A DNA stretch of 40,314 bases from Octopus sinensis (GCF_006345805.1 NW_021832624.1:1-40314); one strand, 5' to 3'; positions 12,496 through 23,921 are shown, counted from the first letter of the stretch. Numbers and translations are program-made. The notes: generated from the sequence alone by a model not told the origin.

Positions 12496-12835
12496 AAAGC
12501 TGAAAATCAATGAAAAGAGAACACCTTTGCTGAACTATTGAGAAATCTGCAGTTATTCAATCCATATTGCAAGTTCAGGTTCATACCTGTAATTATTTGG
12601 GCCCTGTGGATATGTAACACACAACCTAAATACCAATCTTGGGAAATTAGACTTCTTGAATCCAGAAAGGAAAAAGTTGATTCGAAGACTACAGATCCAA
12701 TCCATCAGTGGAACTGTAAAAGTCTGTAAGACTTTCCAGAAGTTTATCATTTAGATATATATAGGAGCATGTCTAGATATGTAGCTATATGCATGAGAAT
12801 ACATACATAAAGCAAAACATACAAATCTGCACATA
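12496..12835 (+). mobile_element. R2/R4-group LINE 3' end (end of the restriction-like endonuclease domain), frameshifted
   Basis: Joined frames read KLKINE/KENTFAELLRNLQLFNPYCKFRFIPVIIWAL/GYVTHNLNTNLGKLDF..IRRLQIQSISGTVKVCKTFQKFII* (stop 12752-12754). This fits the K..KY..L....IP.(I/V)GALG..LQ....GT pattern. Confidence 0.7.
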
Positions 12836-12839
12836 TACA

Positions 12840-13097
12840 TCATCATCATCATCATTATTTAACGTCCGTTTTCCACGCTAGCACGGGTTGGACGGTTCGA
12901 CCGGGGTCTGGGAAGCCAGAAGGCTGCACCAGGCTCCAATCTTGATCTGGCAGAGTTTCTACAGCTGGATGCCCTTCCTAACACCAACCATGACACTGCA
13001 TCCTTTAAGGCCCTCATGCTTTCCGAAATCCGCCGAAACTACACCTGATTATATATACACTTTAGATGAGTTGTAGTGCACCTGAGCACTGTACACA

Positions 13098-13128
<31 letters not shown>

Positions 13129-13230
13129 CGCGAGCGTAGTGGGTGCTTTTTACGTGTCACCCGCAGAGGCGCCAGAGGAGTCTGGCAGCGGCCACGATCG
13201 GTTGGTGCTTTTAACGTGCCACCGGCACGG
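12840..13230 (-). mobile_element. RTE 3' UTR fragment interrupted by a CR1-type 3' tail (+ strand, 12988-13127)
   Basis: 12988-13127 is nearly identical to the LINE end at 2199-2327. RTE sequence resumes at ccgcgagcgtagtgggtgc. Confidence 0.85.
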
Positions 13231-13357
13231 ACAAATGTACCGTGTTGTTGATATTAAAATTCCAATGGAGGAGCCACGGATCTAGGTTAGAAACCAGTTC
13301 TTTCTGTATTGGCAAGAAATCTTGAAATAAAACTGAATAATAACATACAAAAAATAT

Positions 13358-13549
13358 ATGACAAGTGTGAATGCTTTCCTAAGAAAATTGCAGCTAGAAT
13401 GGAAGGGACCTGTAGTGAGCATGTCTGACTCCAAACTCCCTAAACAGATCTTTGGTGAACTAAATGCAGGCTCTCGGTTATGTGGTGATGCAGAGAAGAG
13501 ATACAAAGATGCAAATAGTTTATCCTTATCCAATACAGGCCAAAGTTAA
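13358..13549 (+). mobile_element. Old RTE (BovB-like) ORF2 C-terminal fragment
   Basis: QLEWKGPVVSMSDSKLPKQIFGELNAGSRLCGDAEKRYKD resembles QLRW.GHV.RM.D.RLPK...YGEL..G.R..G...KR(Y/F)KD. Confidence 0.75.
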
Positions 13550-14038
13550 CAACTTCCCCATTCAAAATACTTACAGCCTAAAGGGAGATTATTGAAAAAG
13601 ACTTGAAAGTTAACATAAGATTGGGATCTTTTTGGTTTGAACAGCAGTATTTTAACATAATTTCTAGGTAACTAAAAAATTTTAAAGTTCGTATACTTGA
13701 TCTACATCTATACACACGCATACACATACATACATACACATACATACACACACACACATACATACACACACAGACATACATACATGCATACATACATACA
13801 TACTTACATACATATATACATACATACATACATACATACATACATACAATAATACACACAAACATAAATAGATGCATACATACATACATACATACATACA
13901 TACATACATACATACACACGTAAACATGTAAACACACGAATGGTGTGTTAGTATAAATCTGTTTGACTACATTTGTTTGTATATACATTAGTACACAAAA
14001 GTATGTATATATATCTATCTATATATACACACACACAT

Positions 14039-14075
<37 letters not shown>

Positions 14076-14085
14076 TATATATAAT

Positions 14086-14298
14086 CTTTTACTCTTTTAC
14101 TTGTTTCAGTCATTTGACTGCGCCCATGCTGGAGCACCGCCTTTAGTCGAGCAAATCGACCCCAGGACTTATTCTTTGTAAGCCCAGTACTTATTCTATC
14201 GGTCTCTTTTGCCGGACCGCTAAGTGACGGGGACGTAAACACACCAGCATCGGTTGTCATGCAATGCTAGGGGGACAAACACAGACACACAAACACAT

Positions 14299-14331
<33 letters not shown>

Positions 14332-14502
14332 CATATATACGACAGGCTTCTTTCAGTTTCCGTCTACCAAATCCACTCACAAGGCATTGGTCGGCCTGAG
14401 GCTATAGCAGAAAACACTTGCCCAAGATGCCACGTAGTGGGACTGAACCCAGAACCATGTGGTTGGTAAGCAAGCTACTTACCACACAGCCACTCCTATG
14501 CC
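14086..14502 (-). mobile_element. Main SINE, full length
   Basis: Head (A-box-like TGGCTGTGTGG, B-box-like GGTTCAGTCC), internal (TA)(TG) run, and a tail with AAAAGAGT repeats. Confidence 0.9.
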
Positions 14503-14879
14503 TATATATATATATTGTGTGTATATATGTATATACATACATACTTATATAAGTAAGCATTGATATTTCAATATATATTTGTGAAGATGTGCCGGTGCGT
14601 GTGTGTATATATATATACATATACCTAGCTGTGTTATATGTAATATGTGCCTAATTACATATATACACAGGCATATATATGGGTATATATGAAGATAAAT
14701 AATTTTGGTACTATAAAGTTCTTTCTCTGTGTGAGACTCAAGTGTGTTTAATCAGGCGTGTATATACGAATACCTCTAATCCTTCTCTCCCGACCACCAC
14801 CTCTTGCTCTCCTTCCAGCTCTGCTCTCTCTTGGTCTTTCGATAACTCTCCCACATGTAAAATTTAGCCATATGAAATA

Positions 14880-15403
14880 TATACACTCACACATACACAC
14901 ATGTATGTATATATATGTATATTCTTTTTGATTTGTCTATATATCTATCTATATATATATGTGTGTATACATCTATTTGTCTATCATTATCTCTCTCTCT
15001 CTCTACCTATATATGTATATATATATGTATGTATACATGCATATATACGCCCACATAATATATATATTACATATACACACATGCATGTATGTGCCAATGA
15101 ATAATACATTTATAGTAGTTACATATGTATACACAACCACTCATAAATATAAACCACTCACAATTATATACACAAACACCCACATGTAGTATGTATATAT
15201 ATATATTTATATATATATATATATAATATATATATTGTACATATAAATACAAATACATACATATATATATATATATAATATATATTATATATACACCATA
15301 TATATATATATACACATATACATATATGTATATGTATGTATATTTACACATATACACATATATATGATGATCACCAAACACACGTCGCTATGTATATATA
15401 TAT

Positions 15404-15435
<32 letters not shown>

Positions 15436-16193
15436 CATGCATACATTCAAATATAAAGGCAATTGTTTATTATATACACATAAATATACATATGTATATA
15501 TATATATATAATATATATAATATATATATATATATAATATATATTATATACATAATATATATACATATACATATATATATATACACACATATATATATAC
15601 ATAATATATATATATATATGTATACATACATGTACATACATGTACATATATATACCACATAATATATACATAATATATATACATATATATATATATACAT
15701 ACATGTACATACATACATGAACATTATATATATACACACACACATATATATATACATATATATTCACACATGCATATATATATATATATATATAATATAT
15801 ATTTATATATATATATATATTATATATATAATATATATATACATATATACAAACATATATACACTCGCACTTCCACAGAGAGAGAGGGGACCCCCATCCC
15901 TGAACCAACATCAATTACGCTGCAATAAGCGACGGGGTTTAAATATGAAAGAACAATATTTAATAAGACTTATCTTCAACAACAACAACAACAACAACTG
16001 TCAAAACAACAAATACATAGTCACATCTCACATTCCTTCCGTACACTACTATATACACAGATATACCTCTGTGAGTGTGTGTATATAAATGCGTGTGTAT
16101 ATAAATATACACACACACACATATATATACATATATTATATACATATGTATATATATATATATACATATGTATATATAAATATACATATATAT

Positions 16194-16232
<39 letters not shown>

Positions 16233-17057
16233 GACACACCACACACACATATATATATATATATGTATATATATGTATAAATTCTTAGATATACACACAC
16301 ACACACTCACACACATATATATATATATATACAAACACATATGCACACATACACACACATATATCTATAAACACACACATTTATCGATATACATAGTTAT
16401 ATAACTGCATACACACATACACACACGTACACACATATATGTATATATATATATATGTACTTGTATATACTTGTATGAAAATATATCTAGCAATACACAT
16501 CCATAAGTGTATATATCTATATGAGCATACAGGTATGTATCTGTGTGTATGTGTGTATATGTGTGTATATGTGTGTATATGTGTGTATATGTGTGTGTGT
16601 GTCTATAGAAAGGGATAACACGTGTGCATATAAATATACATGCACATGCTTACATCCATACACTCATAAGTGCACATTAGACACACACAGTATATATATG
16701 TGTATATATATATATATAATATACACATACATACGTATATACATGCACGTGTGTGTGTGTGGTGTGTTTGTTGTAGTAGAAGTATTGATGGTGTTGGTAT
16801 GTTTTTCAATTTCTATCTTCAAAGTCTAATGATTATAAGAACTCACACATCCATCCATACATACATACGTACGCAAATATACATGCACACACGCAATTAT
16901 TTGTGTGTGTGTATATATATATATATACACACACACACATATACAATATATATTATATATATATATATATAGACATGATATATATATATACATATACATA
17001 TATATATATATCCATATATATATATACATGTCTATATATATGTATATGTGTGTGTGG

Positions 17058-17091
<34 letters not shown>

Positions 17092-17109
17092 ATATATATA
17101 TATATAGAC

Positions 17110-17142
<33 letters not shown>

Positions 17143-17250
17143 TATATATATATATATAGACATGTATATATATATATATAGACATGTATATATATATATA
17201 TATATATATATATTAGTGTGTGTGTATTTATGTGTGTCTGCATGTATGTA
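14880..17250. repeat. Extended degenerate (TA)/(CA)/(TG) microsatellite field
   Basis: Directly visible, with short unique islands. Confidence 0.85.
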
Positions 17251-17864
17251 TATTTCTTGTTTATCTTGAAATTTCTTTTTAACCATGGATCGCTGAGCAG
17301 AGCAGACACCATCACCGCCAACACCACGACCTCCCTCAATAATAAGAATACCATCACCAACCCCCACCAACACCCCCCATCTCCATCTTCATCTTCATCA
17401 CCTGCTTTGTCACCACCACCACCATCACCACCACCACCACCAGTACAAAAGTTTTAATTGAGAACAAGTTCGCTGACATGGGGGACTGGAAGCCATCGGA
17501 AGATTGCAAAAAGAAAGAATTTGCATGTTATTTGATGATTCTTGCCAAGAATCAAAAATCCCAACATCATGGCGGATGCTGAGTTCTCTGTGAATGTTCT
17601 CTGAGGCAGAAAGATGTGATGTGGTCAGCTGTAACAGAGACTATGAGGCGGTGGTCAGCAGGAAAGGACACAGAAGGTGTTTGGACTGCACCTACATGCC
17701 AGAGTTTTGAGACTAAGTCACATGTGGTGATGATTCATTCCTGAACTGAAATAGACTCCCAGCCTCTGCACCATGTCAACCACTCCTAATGAAAATTGGA
17801 ATTTCCTTCGATAAAAAGTATTAAGAAAAAATGTTTTTTCGATATACTTGTACTTTAGTTGTTT

Positions 17865-18897
17865 ATAGGTGTAGGAGCGGCTGTGTGGTAAGTAGCTTGC
17901 TAACCAACCACATGGCTCCGGGTTCAGTCCCACTGTGTGGCATCTTGGGCAAGTATCTTCTACTATAGCCTTGGGCCGACCAAAGCCTAGTGAGTGGATT
18001 TGGTAGAAGGAAACTGAAAGAAGCCTGTCGTATATATGTATATATAGGTGTAGGAGTGGCTGTGTGGTAAGTAGCTGCTAACCAACCACATGGTTCCGGG
18101 TTCAGTTCCACTGCGTGGCACTTGGCAAGTGTCTTCTACTACAGCCTCAGGTCGACCAAAGCCTTGTGAGTGGATTTGGTGGACGGAAACTGAAAGAAGC
18201 CTGTCGTACATATGTATATATAGGTGTGGAGTGGCTGTGGGTAAGTAGCTTGCTAACCAACCACATGGTTCCGGGTTCAGTTCCACTGCGTGGCACTTGG
18301 GCAAGTGTCTTCTACTACAGCCTCAGGTCGACCAAAGCCTTGTGAGTGGATTTGGTGGACGGAAACTGAAAGAAGCCTGTCGTATATATGTATATATAGG
18401 TGTAGGAGTGGCTGTGTGGTAAGTAGCTTGCTAACCAACCACATGGTTCCGGGTTCAGTTCCACTGCGTGGCACCTTGGGCAAGTGTCTTCTACTACAGC
18501 CTCAGGTCGACCAAAGCCTTGTGAGTGGATTTGGTGGACGGAAACTGAAAGAAGCCTGTCGTATATATGTATATATAGGTGTAGGAGTGGCTGTGTGGTA
18601 AGTAGCTTGCTAACCAACACATGGTTCTGGGTTCAGTTCCATGCGTGCCCTTGGCAAGTGTCTTCTACTATAGCCCCGGGCCGACCATGCCTTGTGAGTG
18701 GATTTGGTGGACGGAAACTGAAAGAAGCCTGTCGTATATATGTATATATAGGTGTAGGAGTGGCTGTGTGGTAAGTAGGTTGCTTGCGGACCACACGTTT
18801 CTTGGTTCAGTTCCACTGCGTGGCACCTTGGGCAAGTGTCTTCTACTACAGCCTCAGGTCGACCAATGCCTTGTGAGTGGATTTGGTGGACGGAAAC
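17865..18897 (+). repeat. Head-to-tail array of six SINE head units (173-179 bp)
   Basis: Unit starts at about 17865, 18044, 18220, 18396, 18575 and 18748. Confidence 0.92.
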
Positions 18898-19275
18898 AGA
18901 TGATGAATTATGATTACAAACAATTTCTGGACAAAGTGATGGAAGGTTTGAGCAAAGGAATCTGAGCTTTGCCACGCGTGATGGCTGTTGGGGTCACCAT
19001 CTTGATGCTTAACTTGAATCAGGACCTTACTAACACTCATACAAGGGGTGCAAGGGATAAATTCTGACAGCCAAGGATAAGGAGAATCCTGACATGACTT
19101 TTCATTCAATGTCACTTCATCCATGTCTTTTGGTCCGACGTCTTTTTGACCGACGGTTTGTTTTGTCCAACGATTTTTTGTCCAATTTTAAATAAACTCT
19201 TTAGAAAATAAGGTGAACATCAAAATCAAAAATAAATATTGAGAATTTTATTGATAGGATTCAAGTAAAACACTG

Positions 19276-19530
19276 TGGAGTTGCGTGGCTTAGTGGTTAG
19301 GGTGTTGAACTCATGATTGTATGGTTGTAGTTTCAATTCCTGGACCGGGCGACGCGTTGTGTTCTTGAGCAAAACACTTCATTTCACGTTGCTCCAGTTC
19401 ACTCAGCTGGCAAAAATGAATATTTCAGCGACGAACCGGCGTCCTGGCCAGGTGGGGAATTTCTATGCCACTGAAACTGGGAAACTGGCCCTTATGAGCC
19501 TGGCATGGCTCGAGAAGGAACATTTATTTT
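19276..19530 (+). mobile_element. Third tRNA-derived SINE family
   Basis: A box TGGCTTAGTGG and B-box-like GTTTCAATTCC, then ttgtgttcttgagcaaaacacttcatttcacgttgctccag. Confidence 0.7.
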
Positions 19531-19532
19531 TT

Positions 19533-19638
19533 AGACTGGAGCCTGGAGCAGCCCCTGGCTTCCCAGACCCCGGTCAAACCGTCCAACCCGTGCTAGTGCG
19601 GAAAACGGACGTTAAACGATGATGATGATGATGATGAT
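19533..19638 (+). mobile_element. RTE 3' tail with (GAT)n
   Basis: Same terminal sequence as the other RTE tails. Confidence 0.85.
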
Positions 19639-20217
19639 ATCACTAGAAATATTTCAGTTGTTTTCTAAAGAGTTTATTTAAAATTGGACAAAAAGTTGTT
19701 GGACCAAAAAAAATCATCCGACAGAAAGACAGAGCAAAAGATGTTTGACGAAGTGACGTCAGACAAAAAGACTTAGCACCAAGGAGAATGGTTTGACAAA
19801 GACGAAGAGCTGAGGCATTTTGTTGAACCAAAGATGATCTGGTTCTTTCCCAAGGCAAAGAATTTCAGCCAGGACCAGTTGCAAAACACCCAGCATGGTT
19901 TGCCTACAATCTTTCTGATGTCCCACATATCATGAAACCAAGTTCCCTTAAATTGTAATGGTCCTTCGGTATGTCCCCAGTGAAGGTCACATCAGGCTGC
20001 CACCCAACATCTTTGAACAGGGTCTGCATGGACAATGGACGTTAAATGATGATGATGATGATGATGATGATCAAGATGATATATGTGTGTGTGTGTGTGT
20101 GTGTATGTAATATAACTAGATTTCTCATTTGTTTGTATAGTAGTAATAAAATTGAATTGAATTTATCATTTAATTAGTAAATTTTACCTTTTTGTTTTCA
20201 TTTCTAATCTATATATA

Positions 20218-20440
20218 TATACCGAAGTAAACACATAAATGTGAAACAAGGTGGAAAAAAGAGTACTCAAATACCAGTGGTAGAGTAATATGCTTTATTT
20301 TAAGCAGCAGAAAATTCAACAAAACCTGTTACTCGGAGTTTCACGTTCCTGTTCATCGGAAAGTTTTTCCCGACGAACGGGAACGTGAAACTCAGAGTAA
20401 CAGGTTTTGTTGAATTTTCTGCTGCTTTTAAATAAAGTAT
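20218..20440. mobile_element. Fold-back element (putative Penelope-like terminus) with inverted hammerhead-like motifs
   Basis: Arms ~20293-20359 and ~20370-20437 are near-perfect reverse complements. The element is bounded by (TA)n and has a second copy at 40078-40233. Confidence 0.75.
20366..20403 (+). ncRNA. Minimal hammerhead ribozyme-like motif (U4C core variant, helix I decayed)
   Basis: CCGACGA-ACG(GGAA)CGT-GAAA-CTC(A)GAG-TA-ACAG. A mirror copy lies on the minus strand at ~20326-20363. Confidence 0.55.
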
Positions 20441-20475
20441 AATATATATATATCTTGATATTGATATATATATGA

Positions 20476-20631
20476 AGGGCTTCTTTGTGTTTCTGTCTAA
20501 CAAATCCACTCACAGGGATTTTATTGGTCCATGGCTATAATAGAAACCACTTGCCTAAGGTGCTGTGAAGTGGGACTGAACTCAGAACCTTGTGGTTTGG
20601 AAGCGAATGTGTTAACCACAAAGCCATGCCT
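20476..20631 (-). mobile_element. Diverged main SINE head
   Basis: aaatccactcacaggg..gtgggactgaactcagaaccttgtgg. Confidence 0.75.
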
Positions 20632-20779
20632 ACCCCTTACTGTCACATTGTAACATTCTAATTCCTCTTTTATAAACATACATGTTTCATACGCAATATT
20701 TTGCCGGAATTTCTATATGCATTTCTGAAAAAAAAAAAAAAAAATACCCCAGCAAAGAAGGAAGAAGAAAACCTTAATT

Positions 20780-21211
20780 TGATACACAAGTTCCAAGAGT
20801 AAATCGGAAATTAGAGCCTGAAAAATCACCAAAGTTGGACATTTTTTATGGTAAAAAAAATAATGGCGAAAAATATATTTTTAAAAAATATAAAACAGCA
20901 GAATATAATCGTATTAGAAAATTGATTTTCTTGCATGCAAAATGGAATTAATTTCTGATGTTGGTAATTTTGTGAAAAATTCTTTGTTCTCTTCTAAATT
21001 AATAGCAAACCCCCAGCAGGAGTTCGGAAATTGAACGATAACGTTTCCACACACGTCAAACCTAATAAAACACTAGTTCTCCTTTATTAGGTACAAAATT
21101 TAACAAACCGATTACAAAATTTGTATTTTAACCAAACAGGTAACAATGATGTAAGTCTAATTTCTTGCCTCATCCAGAATACATTTGGTAATAATGCCTA
21201 CATCTATTATA
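20780..21211 (-). pseudogene. Penelope-like reverse transcriptase fragment, heavily decayed
   Basis: Minus strand, several frames: IDVGIITKCILDE..NTNFVIGLLNFVPNK..CFIRFDV..YRSISELLL..FAIN..EINSILHARKSIF. Confidence 0.65.
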
Positions 21212-21620
21212 CTCTCTTTTACTCTTTTACTTGTTTCAGTCTTCTGACTCCGGCCATGCTGGAGCACCGCCTTTAATCGAGCAACTCGACCCCGGGACTT
21301 ATTCTTTTTTGGAAGCCCAGTACTTATTCTATTGGTCTCTTTTGCCGAACCGCTAAGTGACGGGGACGTAAACACACCAGCATCGGTTGTCAAGCAATGC
21401 TAGGGGGACAAACACAGACACACAAACACACACACGCATATATATATATATACATATATACGACAGGCTTTTTTCAGTTTCCGTCTACCAGATCCACTCA
21501 CAAGGCTTTGGTCGGCCCGGGGCTATAGTAGAAGACACTTGCCCAAGGTGCCACGCAGTGGGACTGAACCCGGAACCATGTGGTTGGTAAACAAGCTATT
21601 TACCACACAGCCACTCCTGC
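21212..21620 (-). mobile_element. Main SINE, full length
   Basis: Nearly identical to 14086-14502. Confidence 0.9.
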
Positions 21621-21684
21621 ATGTATATATATATATATATATATAATATATATATATATATATACACACACACATACATATATA

Positions 21685-21840
21685 TACGATGGGCTTCTTT
21701 CAGTTTCTGTCAACCAAATCCACTCACAAGGCTTTGGTCAGCCCGAGGCTATAGCAGAAGACACTTACCCAAGGTGCTACGCAGTGGGACTGAACCCGGA
21801 ACCATGTGGTTGGTAAACAAGCTACTTACCACACAGCCAC
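21685..21840 (-). mobile_element. Main SINE head
   Basis: Second head in tandem with the preceding copy. Confidence 0.9.
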
Positions 21841-22090
21841 TAGGTACAAAATTTAACAAACTGATTACAAAATTTTTATTTTAACCAAACAGGTAACAAT
21901 GATGTAAGTCTAATTTATAGCCTCATCTAGAATACATTTGGTAATAGTGCCTACCTACATCTATTATAGTCAGATTAATGAATCCAGTTGAAGAATTGTT
22001 AATGAAATTAGCTTCATGGTCTTTAAGTGTGATGTATGACGTTTTGCAAAGCTGAAAATCTCCTGCAAAGTTGTTCACCTTGTTAACTAT
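21841..22090 (-). pseudogene. Penelope-like reverse transcriptase fragment (upstream continuation)
   Basis: Minus strand KTSYITLKDHEANFINNSSTGFINLTIIDVG resembles the ITLKDHK.NF.NNP..RLINP motif. Confidence 0.7.
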
Positions 22091-22254
22091 AATCTTTCAC
22101 TTGTATGACAAAAAGCTGTTCGTGTACAGATCAGAGGTTTGCAGTGGATGTTGTTGCACAACTTTTAAACACAAAATATTTGACAATAAACACTTTTGAA
22201 CGTACAAAATGACCAACTTACTTGGAGCCCATTTGACTTGTGTCTGTCTGTCCA

Positions 22255-22367
22255 GAGATAGATTAGATAGATAGATAGATGGATGGATGGATGGATAGAT
22301 AGATAGAGAGATAGAGAGATAGATAGATAAATAGATAGATAAATAGATAGATAAACAGATAGACATC

Positions 22368-22423
<56 letters not shown>

Positions 22424-22484
22424 GGGATGGATGGATGGATGGATGGATGGATGGATGGATGGATGGATGGATGGATGGATGGAT
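22255..22484. repeat. (GATA)n/(GGAT)n compound tetranucleotide microsatellite
   Basis: Directly visible. Confidence 0.95.
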
Positions 22485-22796
22485 AATAATGTTAATAATG
22501 ATGGAGTTATTGTGGGGAAAAAGGTTATCTGATGAAAGTTGATAACTTGAGAGTGAGGACGTAAATAAAACTGTCGAAATAAGAGGAAAATAAGAAAATT
22601 CTGTTTATCCTTCGCAAAATTCTATTCAAGTATGACTCACAGCAGGAGTTCATGACGAACAGCATTTTTCTTGTAGACATGAGGGGACACTGACACAGCC
22701 CCAGCAGCCTGAATTTTCAGTCAGTAATTTGAAAGTGGTCTTAGCCCTAACCCTAACCCAGATCGGGTCATTTCACAGCATTGACTACAGATACTG

Positions 22797-22967
22797 CAGG
22801 AGTGGCTGTGTGGTAAGTAGCTTGTTTACCAACCACATGGTTCCGGGTTCAGTCCCACAGCGTGGCACCTTGGGTAAGTGTCTTCTGCTATAGCCCCGGG
22901 CCGACCAATGCCTTGTGAGTGGATTTGGTAGACGGAAACTGAAAGAAGCCCGTCGTATATATATATA
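22797..22967 (+). mobile_element. Main SINE head; its tail module is at 23695-23921, separated by an RTE insertion in the internal microsatellite
   Basis: The head ends in (TA)n, RTE sequence follows, then the (TA)(TG) run and tail resume. Confidence 0.85.
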
Positions 22968-23679
22968 ACCTGGGACGAGGTGGTGAAGCACGACCTTCGA
23001 ACTATAGGTCTCACTGAGGAAATGACTAGAGACCAAGATCTCTGGAAGTGTGCTGTGCGCGAGAAGACCCGGCAGGACAAGTGAGTCCATAACCCGTGGC
23101 CTTCTACATGGGATGGAGCCAGCCTACGTATGCATACCTTCCCTTCTTGGGACACAAAACTCTACTTGTGAAGACGTGTTGAGGCAAGTGAGGATCAGAA
23201 TCGAAATCAATCAATGGAAATTGAGGTGTGTTACCAGTGCCGGTGTCATGTCGAAAATCTACTTGTGAAGACCCGTTGAGGCAAGTGAGGATCAGAATCG
23301 AAATCGATCAATGGAAATTGCAGATGTGTTACCAGTGCTGGTGGCATGTAAGAGAACCTTCCGTTTCGTGACCGTTGCCAGCACCGCCCCGTTTCGTGTC
23401 TGTTGCCAGCCTCGCCTGGCCCTCATGTCGGTGGCACATAAAAAGCACCATCCGTTCGTGGCCGTTTGCCAGCTCTGTCTGGCACCAGTGCGGGTGGCAC
23501 GTAAAAAGCACCCACTACACTCACGGAGTGGTTGGCGTTAGGAAGGGCATCCAGCCGTAGAAACACTGCCAGATTTGACTGGGCCTGATGAAGCCTTCTG
23601 GCTTCACAGACCCCAGTAGAACCGTCCAACCCATGCTAGCATGGAAAGCGGACGCTAAACGATGATGATGATGATGATG
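22968..23679 (+). mobile_element. RTE LINE 3' end: ORF2 C-terminus, ~600-bp 3' UTR, (GAT)n tail
   Basis: Reads TWDEVVKHDLRTIGLTEEMTRDQDLWKCAVREKTRQDK*. The UTR contains a ~97-bp tandem duplication (23157 and 23254). Confidence 0.9.
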
Positions 23680-23694
23680 ATATATATATGCATG

Positions 23695-23921
23695 TGTGTG
23701 TTTGTGTGTCTGTGTTTGTCCTCCTCGCATTGCTTGACAACCGATGCTGGTGTGTTTACGTCCCCGTCACTTAGCGGTTTGGCAAAAGAGACCAATAGAA
23801 TAAGTACTGGGCTTACAAAAAGAATAAGTCCCGGGGTCGAGTTGCTCGATTAAAAGGCGGTGCTCCAGCATGGCCGCAGTCAAATGACTGAAACAAGTAA
23901 AAGAGTAAAAGAGTAAAAGAG
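23695..23921 (+). mobile_element. Main SINE tail module
   Basis: gcattgcttgacaaccgatgctgg ... (aaaagagt)x3. Confidence 0.9.

Larger units (their letters stand above)
19088..19780. mobile_element. Foldback/Mutator-like non-autonomous element with long sub-repetitive inverted arms and a 9-bp target duplication
   Basis: AAGGAGAAT at 19079-19087 and 19781-19789. Arm ~19088-19208 is inverted against ~19661-19780 (tgtccaattttaaataaactcttttagaaaa / ttttctaaagagtttatttaaaattggaca). Confidence 0.75.
17478..20026 (+). pseudogene. maT/DD37D-type Tc1-mariner transposase pseudogene in three pieces (17478-17708, 18918-19087, 19781-20026)
   Basis: Pieces read MGDWKPSED..DYEAVVSRKGHRRCLDCTYMPEF / KGI*ALPRVMAV..LNQDL/HSYKGCKG*ILTAKDKEN / MIWFFPKAKNFSQDQLQNTQ..WFAY..DVPHIMK/KFP*IVMV..SEGH..PPNIFEQGL. 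They are colinear with the transposase at 35400-36183. Confidence 0.75.

Noticed and set aside
17865-18897. CRISPR-like or tRNA gene array
   Set aside because: There are no unique spacers and the context is eukaryotic. Units have promoter boxes but no full cloverleaf, and they match the dispersed SINE.
17987-18975. Recurrent ORFs such as [18 protein letters not shown] and PRCHAVELNPEPCGW
   Set aside because: They are translations of SINE copies, not a gene family.
22745-22759. Telomere or chromosome-fusion relic
   Set aside because: Only about 2.5 units, too short to support this.
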